From a candidate division WOR-3 bacterium (GTDB lineage: Bacteria; Hydrothermota; Tepidihabitantia; SM23-42), in contig JAFGPO010000081.1 in the NCBI GenBank assembly GCA_016936155.1, positions 5,172 to 69,171 of the forward strand: DNA of 64,000 nt. The letters run 5' to 3'. The notes under the pieces are model-generated. The model was not told where the DNA came from, ran no database searches, and saw nothing but the letters and a program-made list of their open reading frames with translations. The position numbers were made by a program, and so were the translations under genes. Shown one piece after another: positions 10,111 through 18,866 of the stretch. Each line of letters begins with the position of its first letter. Position 1 is the stretch's first letter.

Positions 10111-10513
10111 GGTTATTGAACGGACCTAATTGTCTGATATGCTCAGTAAATTCATTGATAACCTGCTGGAACTTGTTGCCTTCCCCGGCAGATACCCATT
10201 CCAGTTTCAAGCGGTTTTCATTGATGCCGAATTCCCGGAGCATGATCTTGAGTAGGTGAAACCTTCTCAGGGTCTTGTAGTTCCCGGAGATATAGTGGCA
10301 ATCCCCGGGATGACAGCCAGTTATTAAAACACCATCTGCTCCCTGTGTAAATGCGGTCAGTATAAATTCTGGATCGATGCGCCCCGAGCACATGGTCCGG
10401 ATCACCCTGAAATATGGTGCCATTTGCAGCCGCGACACACCTGCCAGGTCAGCACCGGCATATGAACACCAATTACAACAGAATACGATTATGTTAGGAT
10501 CAAAAGTTTCCAC
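10067..10513 (-). CDS. mvhD: MvhD family protein
   Basis: 148 aa. FCCNWCSYAGADLAGVSR...MCSGRIDP...ITGCHPGDCHY. GTG start with GGAG 5 nt upstream. Long nucleotide runs are identical to 22488..22898. Confidence 0.9.
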   Translation of the reverse strand: METFDPNIIVFCCNWCSYAGADLAGVSRLQMAPYFRVIRTMCSGRIDPEFILTAFTQGADGVLITGCHPGDCHYISGNYKTLRRFHLLKIMLREFGINENRLKLEWVSAGEGNKFQQVINEFTEHIRQLGPFNNHEKEHLYDRAKTGN

Positions 10514-10546
10514 TACTACTCCTTGTTATCGCACCACCTGGCATGT

Positions 10547-13500
10547 TCACCACCTCACCGCGTCTACCATTGCCATGATCTGCTGTTTGGTAAATCCCCA
10601 TTGCTCAATAGCCCCGGACGGACAGGATGCAGCGCATGTTCCACAGCCTTTGCACAGAGCTTCATTAATATGGGAATGCCTCTTTCCATTGTCATCGACC
10701 TTCATCTCGATCGCTTTATACGGACATAAACTGGTGCACATGCCGCACCCAGCGCATAGTTCTTCATTGACCTCAGAAACTGTAGCCTCAGCATAGTAGG
10801 TATCCTGCGCCAGTATCGTCGATGCACGCGCAGCTGCCGCCTGCGCCTGGCAAATGGTCTCGGTAATAAGCTTCGGACTATGCGCGAGGCCAGCAACAAA
10901 AATCCCTTCGGTCGCGAAGTCCACTGGCCGCAGCTTCACATGTGCTTCGAGGAAGTAACCGTCCTTGTTCAAAGGCACCTTGAGCATCCTTGCAAGCACT
11001 TCGTTGTCCTCATTGGGAATAATGCCGGAAGAGAGCACAACAACGTCGGGGTGGACAACAACATCCTGTGCGAGCACTGGTTCGTGGAAGCGAACCTCGA
11101 GTGATGATCCGTTCGAAACAACCGCGGGTTCTTTGTCCTCGTCATAGCGAACGAACATAATACTTGCCCGACGTGCGCGTGTGTAGTAATCCTCCTTGAA
11201 ACCGTACATCCGGACATCGCGGTACAGGATGAATATTTGTACATATGGGTTTACATCGCGAAGCTTCAATGCGTTCTTTACGGCCTGGGCGCAGCACCGC
11301 CGGCTGCAGTACGGATGTACGCCATTCCGTGATCCCACGCACTGGATCATTACAACGGATTTGAGCGCATCAATACCAGGCACTGATGCACTGGAAGAAC
11401 CGTTCCCGTTGCCGTGCTGTACCAAATACTGTTCAAGCTGCTGCTGCGTCACCACCCGCGGCTCTTTACCATAACCGTACTCCTGGGGGACATACTCCGA
11501 ACCACCCGTGGCAACGATAACGACACCATGCTGGTATGTGTGCGGTACCCGGTCTGCATCCCGTATCACGGTCTCATAGTTGCCCACGAATCCGTTGATC
11601 GACTCGATCCGGGCACCGGTATACACGGTGATACGGAGATGATCATGGACCTTTTTTATCTGCTCCGCAAGGAAATCATCCATATGATCGTTCTCAAGGG
11701 TGTAGTGTATGTTGCGCAGATGACCACCCAGTTCTTGTTTTTTTTCTACAAGACATACATTATATCCCTGCTCTGCCAGGGAATACGCGGCCACCATGCC
11801 TGCAATGCCGCCCCCGATGACGAGCGCGGACTGGTTAACAGCAATGGCAACACGTTTCAGTGGACGCAGAAAACGCGCTTTTGCCGCTGCCATCGACACA
11901 AGGTCCTTGGCTTTTTCAGTGGCTGCAACGCGATCATGCATGTGGATCCAAGAGCACTGATCGCGTATGTTCGCCATCTCAAACAAGTACGGATTCAAAC
12001 CAGCCTCGCGCATAGTCTCACGGAACAATGGCTCATGGGTTCGCGGCGTGCACGATGCGACCACGATACGGTTCAACCGGTGGGTGGCGATCATGTTCGT
12101 GATCCTGTGCTGGCTGTCCTGTGAACACGTATAAAGATTGGATTCTGCATAGACAACGTCTGGTTCGTTCCTGACATGCTCGACCACTGCCGCGACATCA
12201 ACGTAGCCCCCGATATTAATACCGCAGTGGCACACAAAAACGCCGATACGCGGCATTGCATTGCGGACATTAATCTCTGGTGGATACTGCTTTACGGAAA
12301 TGAGTGCATGGCGCTCACTAGCCAGCAGCTGCATGGCCTTCGCGGCAGCAGCTGATGATTGCGTCACAGTCTCTGGTATATCCTTTGGTTCAGTACAGGG
12401 CCCGCAGACAAAAACTCCTGCCCGGGTAGATTGCACGGGATCGTTCTGGGCGGTCGTGCAGAACCCGTATTTATTCAGAGAAATACCCGCTTTTCGAGCG
12501 AAATCCGCACTGTCTCTGGATGGATGCAGGCCGCACGACAACACCACCATGTCAAAAACCTCTTGGTGCGCGCTGCCATCCGGTAAACTATACCGTATGT
12601 ATAAACTCTTGCTGGGATTGACTTCGTCGATTGATGATGGTCGGCACCGGATGTATCTGATGCCACTCTGCAGTGCCTTTTCATAGTATTCATCAAAACC
12701 TTTGCCGAACGCCCTCAGATCCATAAAGAAGATCGTGCATTGAAGATCCGGCGAATGTTCGCGGGCGATCAGCGCCTGTTTGGTAGCATGCATACAGCAT
12801 ACCGACGAACAATACGGATGGTCGTCGTCCCGTGAACCGACACACTGGATAAAGGCGATTTGGCGGGGTTCGCTCAGATCACCGGGTCGCTGTACGTGTC
12901 CCTGGTACGGACCGGAAGCGGACAGGATCCGCTCGAATTCGATAGACATGACCACGTTTTTGAATCGCCCATTCCCGAATTCCCGAAATAAGGTACCATT
13001 GCCCACCTCGAACCCGGAGGCAATGATCACGGCACCGACCTCGAGCTTCACGGTCTCGTCATGCTGGTCAAAATCGATCGCCTGTGCCTCACAAAGGTCC
13101 TGGCAGATCCTGCACTTATCGGTAATGAAGTGCATACAATGGTCCTTATCGATGATCGCGGAATTCGGCACTGCCTGGGGAAATGGGATACGAATCGCAG
13201 GACGGGTCCGTAGACGCTCATCAAACTCATCGAGCAATGGCCTGGGCTTGCGGATGCCGAGTTTTTCAAGTCGTTTTGATGAGGTCGGGCATACCTGGAA
13301 GCATGCTCCGCAAGCCATACACCGGGGCGACTCGACATCAAAGGGCGGAGCGATCAGTCGTTTATCACCGCGCGATGCAAACCCGATGACATTACGCCCC
13401 ATGCGTTCACTGCACATACGAACACAAAGGCCGCACAGGATGCAATCCTCGTTCCGACGCACATACGGCGTATCAACAACGCCCATGGTCCGCGCCATCT

Positions 13501-13918
13501 CCTGGATCACTGGTGCATCAGGGCAACGGGCAAGCAGCAGCTGCATCATAGTCTTTCGTATTGTCTGGATCTCTTCGGTATTGGTCCTTACGACCAATCC
13601 TGCCTGAGCAGGATATACACACGAACTTTGAATCTTCTTTCGGTTATCCTGGGTTATCTCGACAACGCATAAACGACATGCCCCGTATGAGCTGAGCGCC
13701 TTGTGGTAACACAATGTAGGGATTTCAATATTCAGCATCCGAGCAGCTTCAAGTACGGTAGTCCCTGTATCAACGCTTACAGTGTGATCATCGATCGTCA
13801 AGGTCACGCGATCTTCAACCTGCGGCGGTGCTTTACCGGCTGTTAACCGTTTTTTTCTCGAGACTTGTCTTTTTTTCTTCATAGTGCTCTTCTTTTTCCT
13901 CTTCTTCATTCTCTTCAT
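10547..13918 (-). CDS. NuoG-N-terminal-like [2Fe-2S]/[4Fe-4S] domain fused to a tandem HdrA whose first unit lacks its dinucleotide-binding N-fragment
   Basis: The track ORF extends to 14140. The ATG at 13918 forms an ATGA overlap with the NuoF-like stop, so it was chosen as start. NuoG/Fer2-like region: VTLTIDDHTVSV...LCYH...GACRLCVVEI, CILCGLCVRMC, CMACGACFQVCP. The chain then resumes mid-HdrA at IRIPFPQAVP, CRICQDLCEA, FIQCVGSRDDDHPYCSSVCC. A full second unit follows (VFVCHCGINI, LVIGGGIAGMVAA, IQCVGSRNGVHPYCSRRCC). C-terminal CAGCGMCTSLCP and CKGCGTCAASCP. Confidence 0.85.
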   Translation of the reverse strand: MKRMKKRKKKSTMKKKRQVSRKKRLTAGKAPPQVEDRVTLTIDDHTVSVDTGTTVLEAARMLNIEIPTLCYHKALSSYGACRLCVVEITQDNRKKIQSSCVYPAQAGLVVRTNTEEIQTIRKTMMQLLLARCPDAPVIQEMARTMGVVDTPYVRRNEDCILCGLCVRMCSERMGRNVIGFASRGDKRLIAPPFDVESPRCMACGACFQVCPTSSKRLEKLGIRKPRPLLDEFDERLRTRPAIRIPFPQAVPNSAIIDKDHCMHFITDKCRICQDLCEAQAIDFDQHDETVKLEVGAVIIASGFEVGNGTLFREFGNGRFKNVVMSIEFERILSASGPYQGHVQRPGDLSEPRQIAFIQCVGSRDDDHPYCSSVCCMHATKQALIAREHSPDLQCTIFFMDLRAFGKGFDEYYEKALQSGIRYIRCRPSSIDEVNPSKSLYIRYSLPDGSAHQEVFDMVVLSCGLHPSRDSADFARKAGISLNKYGFCTTAQNDPVQSTRAGVFVCGPCTEPKDIPETVTQSSAAAAKAMQLLASERHALISVKQYPPEINVRNAMPRIGVFVCHCGINIGGYVDVAAVVEHVRNEPDVVYAESNLYTCSQDSQHRITNMIATHRLNRIVVASCTPRTHEPLFRETMREAGLNPYLFEMANIRDQCSWIHMHDRVAATEKAKDLVSMAAAKARFLRPLKRVAIAVNQSALVIGGGIAGMVAAYSLAEQGYNVCLVEKKQELGGHLRNIHYTLENDHMDDFLAEQIKKVHDHLRITVYTGARIESINGFVGNYETVIRDADRVPHTYQHGVVIVATGGSEYVPQEYGYGKEPRVVTQQQLEQYLVQHGNGNGSSSASVPGIDALKSVVMIQCVGSRNGVHPYCSRRCCAQAVKNALKLRDVNPYVQIFILYRDVRMYGFKEDYYTRARRASIMFVRYDEDKEPAVVSNGSSLEVRFHEPVLAQDVVVHPDVVVLSSGIIPNEDNEVLARMLKVPLNKDGYFLEAHVKLRPVDFATEGIFVAGLAHSPKLITETICQAQAAAARASTILAQDTYYAEATVSEVNEELCAGCGMCTSLCPYKAIEMKVDDNGKRHSHINEALCKGCGTCAASCPSGAIEQWGFTKQQIMAMVDAVRW

Positions 13919-15771
13919 CGTATTGCTGGTGACGTCGCAGATATCGCGTTGAATTTCGGTGGACAGATTGTCATACAGATCCCACATTTGATGCACTTGG
14001 ACTGGTCGATACGATAGAATTGTTTGGGTTTCCCGATGATCGCTCCGGCCGGGCAGGCTTTTGCACAAACTGTACAACCACGGCATCGTTCCCGATCGAT
14101 AACATAGGATATCAGATGCTTGCAGCTCAATGCAGGACAACGTTTTTCCTTGATGTGAGCATCATATTCATCACGGAAGTAGCGCAACGTGGACAGGACT
14201 GGGTTTGCCGCAGTCTGGCCAAGACCACAGAGCGAGGCACGCTGCACGACACTACCGAGTTGCTCGAGCAATTCAATATCCCCCTTACGGCCATCACCTT
14301 CGGTTATCCGCTTTACAATCTCATACATCTGGATCGTCCCCTCCCTGCATGATGTACATTTGCCGCACGATTCATCCTTTAAAAAGGCGAGGAAATATTT
14401 CGCAACATCGACCATGCAGGTATCCTCGTCCATGACAACCATTCCGCCGGAACCCATCATCGAACCGGCTTCCGTAAGTTTTTCGAAATCGACATTCAGA
14501 TCGAGCAGCTCTGCAGGAATACACCCCCCTGATGGACCCCCGGTTTGCACTGCTTTGAATCTTTTATTGTCTGGAATGCCGCCGCCTATGTCGTAGATGA
14601 TCTCGCGCAACCGGATACCCATGGGTACTTCCACGAGTCCCGTATTGTTGACCTTACCGACCAGAGAAAATATCTTCGTGCCTTTGCTGTACCTGGTCCC
14701 CAGTTTTGCATACCAGGCAGCGCCCTTATTGATTATCAAGGGTACGTTCGCCCATGTTTCCACATTATTATTATTAGTTGGTCTACCCCATAGACCTTTC
14801 TCAGTTGGAAACGGGGGCCGCATACGCGGTTCAGGCGGTCGTTCCCCTTCGATCGAAGCGATAAGCGCTGTCTCTTCTCCGCACACAAAAGCACCGGCAC
14901 CCTCGCATATTTTTATAGTAAAATCGAAGCCTGATGCACAGATGTTCTTGCCTAGAATATGAGCTTGCTCAGCTTGTTCAATAGCAATCCTTAAATTTTT
15001 AATTGCAAGGGGATATTCAGTCCGTACATAAACGATCCCATAGTTCGCCCCTATTGCGTACGCGCCGATCACCATCCCCTCAAGTACGCTGTGCGGATTC
15101 CCTTCCAGCACACTCCGGTCCATGTATGCACCAGGATCCCCCTCATCCGCGTTGCACGTAACGTACTTAGGAACATCAGGAGACTGACGGCAGAGTTCCC
15201 ACTTGCGCCCAGTAGGGAAACCTGCGCCGCCCCGTCCGCGCAGCCCTGAGCGCGTTATCTCATCAATAACCTCCTGCGGAGACATCCCGGATAGTACTTT
15301 TTTTATTGCTTTGTACCCACCAAGGTCTATGTAATCAGCTATGGCAGTCGGATCGATGCGTCCATTATTCCCGAGAATAAGCCGGTGCTGTTTTTTATAG
15401 AAACAAACGTCCTCAACGTGAACGGTTTTCTCTTTAGTGGTTGGATCGCAATACAAGAGCCGGTCCACGATCCTGTCGTTCAAACAGGCATCCAGTATCT
15501 CATCCACGTCCTCAGGATTCACTCGCTGGTAGAATATCCGTTCAGGATAAATGACCACGATCGGACCACGCTCACAGAATCCGTGGCACCCGGTCACCTT
15601 GATATCAATGCTGGCCCCTATACCCCGATCTTTGACAGCATCAAAAAACGCCTGACTTACTTTTTCACAATTGTATGCGTGACATCCTGTGCCACCGCAT
15701 ACGCTAATGCAGTACTTTTTAGTCTTCTTTGAGACGGTGGTGGCTGCGCCTTCAGACTTTCCTTTTCCCAT
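13915..15771 (-). CDS. NuoF/HydB-like NADH-binding FMN iron-sulfur flavoprotein
   Basis: 618 aa. N-terminal thioredoxin-like [2Fe-2S] motifs (CGGTGCH...VTGCHGFCERGP). FMN/NADH region GRGGAGFPTGRKWE. N3-type cluster ESCGKCTSCREG. C-terminal 2x[4Fe-4S] (CRGCTVCAKACP, CIKCGICMTICP). Confidence 0.9.
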   Translation of the reverse strand: MGKGKSEGAATTVSKKTKKYCISVCGGTGCHAYNCEKVSQAFFDAVKDRGIGASIDIKVTGCHGFCERGPIVVIYPERIFYQRVNPEDVDEILDACLNDRIVDRLLYCDPTTKEKTVHVEDVCFYKKQHRLILGNNGRIDPTAIADYIDLGGYKAIKKVLSGMSPQEVIDEITRSGLRGRGGAGFPTGRKWELCRQSPDVPKYVTCNADEGDPGAYMDRSVLEGNPHSVLEGMVIGAYAIGANYGIVYVRTEYPLAIKNLRIAIEQAEQAHILGKNICASGFDFTIKICEGAGAFVCGEETALIASIEGERPPEPRMRPPFPTEKGLWGRPTNNNNVETWANVPLIINKGAAWYAKLGTRYSKGTKIFSLVGKVNNTGLVEVPMGIRLREIIYDIGGGIPDNKRFKAVQTGGPSGGCIPAELLDLNVDFEKLTEAGSMMGSGGMVVMDEDTCMVDVAKYFLAFLKDESCGKCTSCREGTIQMYEIVKRITEGDGRKGDIELLEQLGSVVQRASLCGLGQTAANPVLSTLRYFRDEYDAHIKEKRCPALSCKHLISYVIDRERCRGCTVCAKACPAGAIIGKPKQFYRIDQSKCIKCGICMTICPPKFNAISATSPAIR

Positions 15772-15773
15772 GT

Positions 15774-16670
15774 CTACTCTTTCTCTTTCTGATAATGATC
15801 GATAACACGCTGTACTTTCTTCGGCGCCATATGCCCGTAATACGTGTCATCGACAAGGACCACCGGTGCCAGCGCACATGCGCCCACACAATTCACTGTC
15901 TCCAGCGTAAACAACATATCGTTGGTATTCTGACCCGCGGGAATGCCCAGTATCCGCTCGAATTCCTCGAGTACCCTCCTTGCTCCCCGTACATGACAGG
16001 CAGTGCCCAGACAAACCCGGATCACATGCACCCCCCGCTTTTGCAGACTCAAAGCCCGGTAAAAGGTGGCGACACTGAAGATAAGATTCAACGGGATATG
16101 CAGGTGTTCTGAAACATACTTCAACAGGTCCGCGGGAAGATAGTTGTACTTACGGTTTATCGCCTGTAATACAGGCATGAGGACGCCCTGTTGTCCTTCA
16201 TACTCATTGATGATTTTTTGTATCGTTTCGCGGTCTGAGTCACTCAGCACGACTCGCTCTTGGACAGTATCTTCATAGGGGATCTGCTGCACAGGACAGT
16301 TCTGCATGCATAATCCGCACCCCGTGCACTTATCCACATCAACGTACCGGGGCTTTTTATGGATCGTTACAAGGAAATTGCCGCTTTCGCCTGCGATCTC
16401 TTCAAGGTCAGAATTGGTGATCACCTCGATATTGGGATGACGGGCAACGCTCACCAATTTCGGCGCAAGTATGCACATCGAGCAGTCATTTGTCGGAAAG
16501 GTTTTATCAAGCTGCGCCATCACACCGCCGATACTTGGTTTTTTGTCGAGAAGATACACTTTGAATCCGGACTCAGCAAGGTCCAGAGCCGCCTGGATGC
16601 CCCCAATGCCACCGCCCACCACAAGGGCGGCCCCGGTCACCTTTTGTTTCTTCATAACCGCAGTTTTCAT
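15774..16670 (-). CDS. HdrA N-terminal FAD-binding fragment fused to a NuoE-type thioredoxin-like [2Fe-2S] domain
   Basis: 298 aa. [38 protein letters not shown] and [12 protein letters not shown]. This region closely resembles the N-terminus of 22913..27367. NuoE motifs follow: [14 protein letters not shown]...[15 protein letters not shown] overlap at 16667-16670. Confidence 0.85.
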   Translation of the reverse strand: MKTAVMKKQKVTGAALVVGGGIGGIQAALDLAESGFKVYLLDKKPSIGGVMAQLDKTFPTNDCSMCILAPKLVSVARHPNIEVITNSDLEEIAGESGNFLVTIHKKPRYVDVDKCTGCGLCMQNCPVQQIPYEDTVQERVVLSDSDRETIQKIINEYEGQQGVLMPVLQAINRKYNYLPADLLKYVSEHLHIPLNLIFSVATFYRALSLQKRGVHVIRVCLGTACHVRGARRVLEEFERILGIPAGQNTNDMLFTLETVNCVGACALAPVVLVDDTYYGHMAPKKVQRVIDHYQKEKE

Positions 16671-17059
16671 GCGAAATATTTGTTTACGCGCTCAAGCAAC
16701 AATCCAGCGTCGATCGGCTTGTCAATGAACTCCTCGATCGGCAACCAGGAAGCATCACCTGATGCGCCTGCAAAATTCATGGGGTATTTCTGGTCGACCG
16801 CAGTGAGCATGATAATCGGTATATCCTTGGTATCTGGTGAACGTTTTAGCTCGCGGCAGAGGTCGAAGCCGGAATGATCAGTCTCCATCATGACATCACA
16901 TATGATCAGATCCGGTTGAAATATCTTGAGTGCTGCCAGACACTCCTTCGCTGAAAGACACGTTTCCACTTTATAGCCACTCTTCTCAAGAACGATCCTG
17001 ACCGCGGCGAGAAGATCGGCATCATCATCAACAACCATGATATTTTTATGGACAGTCAT
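16667..17059 (-). CDS. single-domain response regulator (CheY-like receiver)
   Basis: [16 protein letters not shown]...[10 protein letters not shown]...[11 protein letters not shown] at 17059 with GGAG 7 nt upstream. The track ORF start at 17086 overlaps the upstream gene. Confidence 0.85.
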   Translation of the reverse strand: MTVHKNIMVVDDDADLLAAVRIVLEKSGYKVETCLSAKECLAALKIFQPDLIICDVMMETDHSGFDLCRELKRSPDTKDIPIIMLTAVDQKYPMNFAGASGDASWLPIEEFIDKPIDAGLLLERVNKYFA

Positions 17060-17075
17060 TGTACTCTCCTTATTC

Positions 17076-18836
17076 TTACGGCACACAGCGCGGCAGTTTC
17101 ATGGTAATAACAGCGAACTTCTTATATTCCTGTTTTTTGTGACTTCTGCCACCTGGGGCATCGCGGTATAACACATACTCGCCATCGATAATGTACCCGG
17201 CACCAGCCTGGACCGATCCCCCGTGCTGTTCGACAATCTTCTTTACAATATGCAAACCAAGCCCGGTGCCGCTTACCCCAACCTTATCGAACCTGATGAA
17301 TCGCTCGAATACGCTGCTCAAGGCATCCGGTTCGATACCGATCCCTTCGTTTGAAATCTGTATTTCCACACCATCGTGATTTTTCTTCACCTGACAGGTG
17401 ATCGTAGAACCTTCGGTACCATATTTGATCGCATTGTTCACTAGATTCCCGATCGCGATCTTAAGCAGATCAGGATCCCCGCATACGCGACAAGCATCAT
17501 CAATCGTGGTTGTTATACTCATTCTGCGCTTGTTCAATACTGCTTGAAATTCACTCAAACATGGTTCAATAATATCTTTTTTCAATGAAATGACCCGACG
17601 AGTGCATTTAAGATAACCGTATTCGGCATTATACGATACGATGTAATTCCTGATCATATCATGTAAAAATTTTATGCTGCACAGAGAGCTCAACAACATT
17701 GAATGACGGGTCTCTGGACCGATCTTGCTCGCTAACTGGGAATCCGCAAGCGCACTTATATTCAACATTACCGGGCCAAGCGTCCCTTTACATTCATGTA
17801 CGAAAAAATTCATTATCCAGTTCAAATGTCTTGTCGTATCATATAATGCAGTGCTATCGCGGAGCACTTCCACAACATATGCAGCCGTGCCGTTGCTCCG
17901 CTTTACCGGTAACGCGATCGCATCATAATAGCGCTTATGGCCATGTGTATCATGATCCACATAGAGAGATCTCGCTGTTTTAAGTGTATTGAATGCCTGA
18001 CGCACCGGGCAGGTTGATTCCGGACACGGGATTCGCGACTTCCGATTCACCGAATAACAGTATTGACCAGGTATGTGATCCCCCGCACATGCTGTCAGAC
18101 GTTCATAGGCATAGTTGCACGTCTGTATCCTCAGTTTCCGGTTGATCACGGCAATCCCATCGTCCAGGACGTCAAATGCGACAGCACGAAGGTTGCGCTG
18201 ATCCGCGATCGCGGTTATTCTTAACCATTGCTCGAGCTGCTTTTTCACGTAATACCACTGCCTGCTGATTTTCACGGCCGGGATCCTGCCCTGCCGCGAG
18301 AGTTGCTGCAAACGGCGAGCAGAAATCTTCAAGAATGCGCTCGCTTGTCGCGCATCAACCAGTTCTTCTGTTCCCATGGTTGTGGCTGTTGGGACCCGGG
18401 CGTGATCAAGGTTTTTCGATCCTTGTGTGTGCCGGTGTTCAAGGGCGTTCTCTATGACCAGGCGTATTTCCTCTATATCCAGTGGTTTCATCATGAAGTA
18501 AAATATACCTTGTTCCCGGACCCGGACTGCAACCTCGATCGAATCATCCCCCGAAATAATAATAATAGGAAGCAAACGATCGATATCTTTGATGGCTGGG
18601 ATCAATTCAAACCCACGGTTATGTTTATTGACATCCATGATAAGCACATCGACGCTGCCTGCCTGTATGCGCTCGAAAAGGATGTGAGAATCTTGAATGT
18701 GTTCGACCTGGTATCCTAATATGCTCAGATACTGCGATACCACCCGTGCATTGCTACGATCCTGGTCCATAATAGCAATACAGGCTTTTCCCACTGATGG
18801 ATTGTTTATGGTTCTTGATTGTGCTATCCGTGCCAT
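17076..18836 (-). CDS. multidomain sensor: receiver - excisionase/MerR-type HTH - Cys-rich PAS-like region - histidine kinase
   Basis: 586 aa. REC (CIAIMDQD...DVLIMDV...PIIIISG). HTH-like ASAFLKISARRLQQLSRQGRIPAVKISRQWYYVKKQLEQWL. Cys-rich block QTCNYAYERLTACAGDHIPGQYCYSVNRKSRIPCPESTCPV. Kinase core (FVHECKGTL, NEGIGI, GTGLGLHIVKK). Confidence 0.85.
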   Translation of the reverse strand: MARIAQSRTINNPSVGKACIAIMDQDRSNARVVSQYLSILGYQVEHIQDSHILFERIQAGSVDVLIMDVNKHNRGFELIPAIKDIDRLLPIIIISGDDSIEVAVRVREQGIFYFMMKPLDIEEIRLVIENALEHRHTQGSKNLDHARVPTATTMGTEELVDARQASAFLKISARRLQQLSRQGRIPAVKISRQWYYVKKQLEQWLRITAIADQRNLRAVAFDVLDDGIAVINRKLRIQTCNYAYERLTACAGDHIPGQYCYSVNRKSRIPCPESTCPVRQAFNTLKTARSLYVDHDTHGHKRYYDAIALPVKRSNGTAAYVVEVLRDSTALYDTTRHLNWIMNFFVHECKGTLGPVMLNISALADSQLASKIGPETRHSMLLSSLCSIKFLHDMIRNYIVSYNAEYGYLKCTRRVISLKKDIIEPCLSEFQAVLNKRRMSITTTIDDACRVCGDPDLLKIAIGNLVNNAIKYGTEGSTITCQVKKNHDGVEIQISNEGIGIEPDALSSVFERFIRFDKVGVSGTGLGLHIVKKIVEQHGGSVQAGAGYIIDGEYVLYRDAPGGRSHKKQEYKKFAVITMKLPRCVP

Positions 18837-18850
18837 ACATGTTTATGTTA

Positions 18851-18866
18851 TGCAAATACCATGCCA
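18851..18866 (-). promoter_or_regulatory. candidate sigma-54 (-24/-12) promoter
   Basis: The minus strand reads TGGCAT-GGTAT-TTGCA. That matches 10 of 11 positions of the TGGCAC-N5-TTGCA consensus, with correct GG-N10-GC spacing. It lies 14 nt upstream of the ATG at 18836 and directly downstream of a sigma-54 activator gene. Confidence 0.5.

Noticed and set aside
13919-14140. N-terminal extension of the NuoG-HdrA ORF to 14140 (MSCIELQASD...).
   Set aside because: The extension overlaps the 3' end of the NuoF-like gene by 226 nt and has no motif content. The ATG at 13918 gives a classic ATGA coupling.
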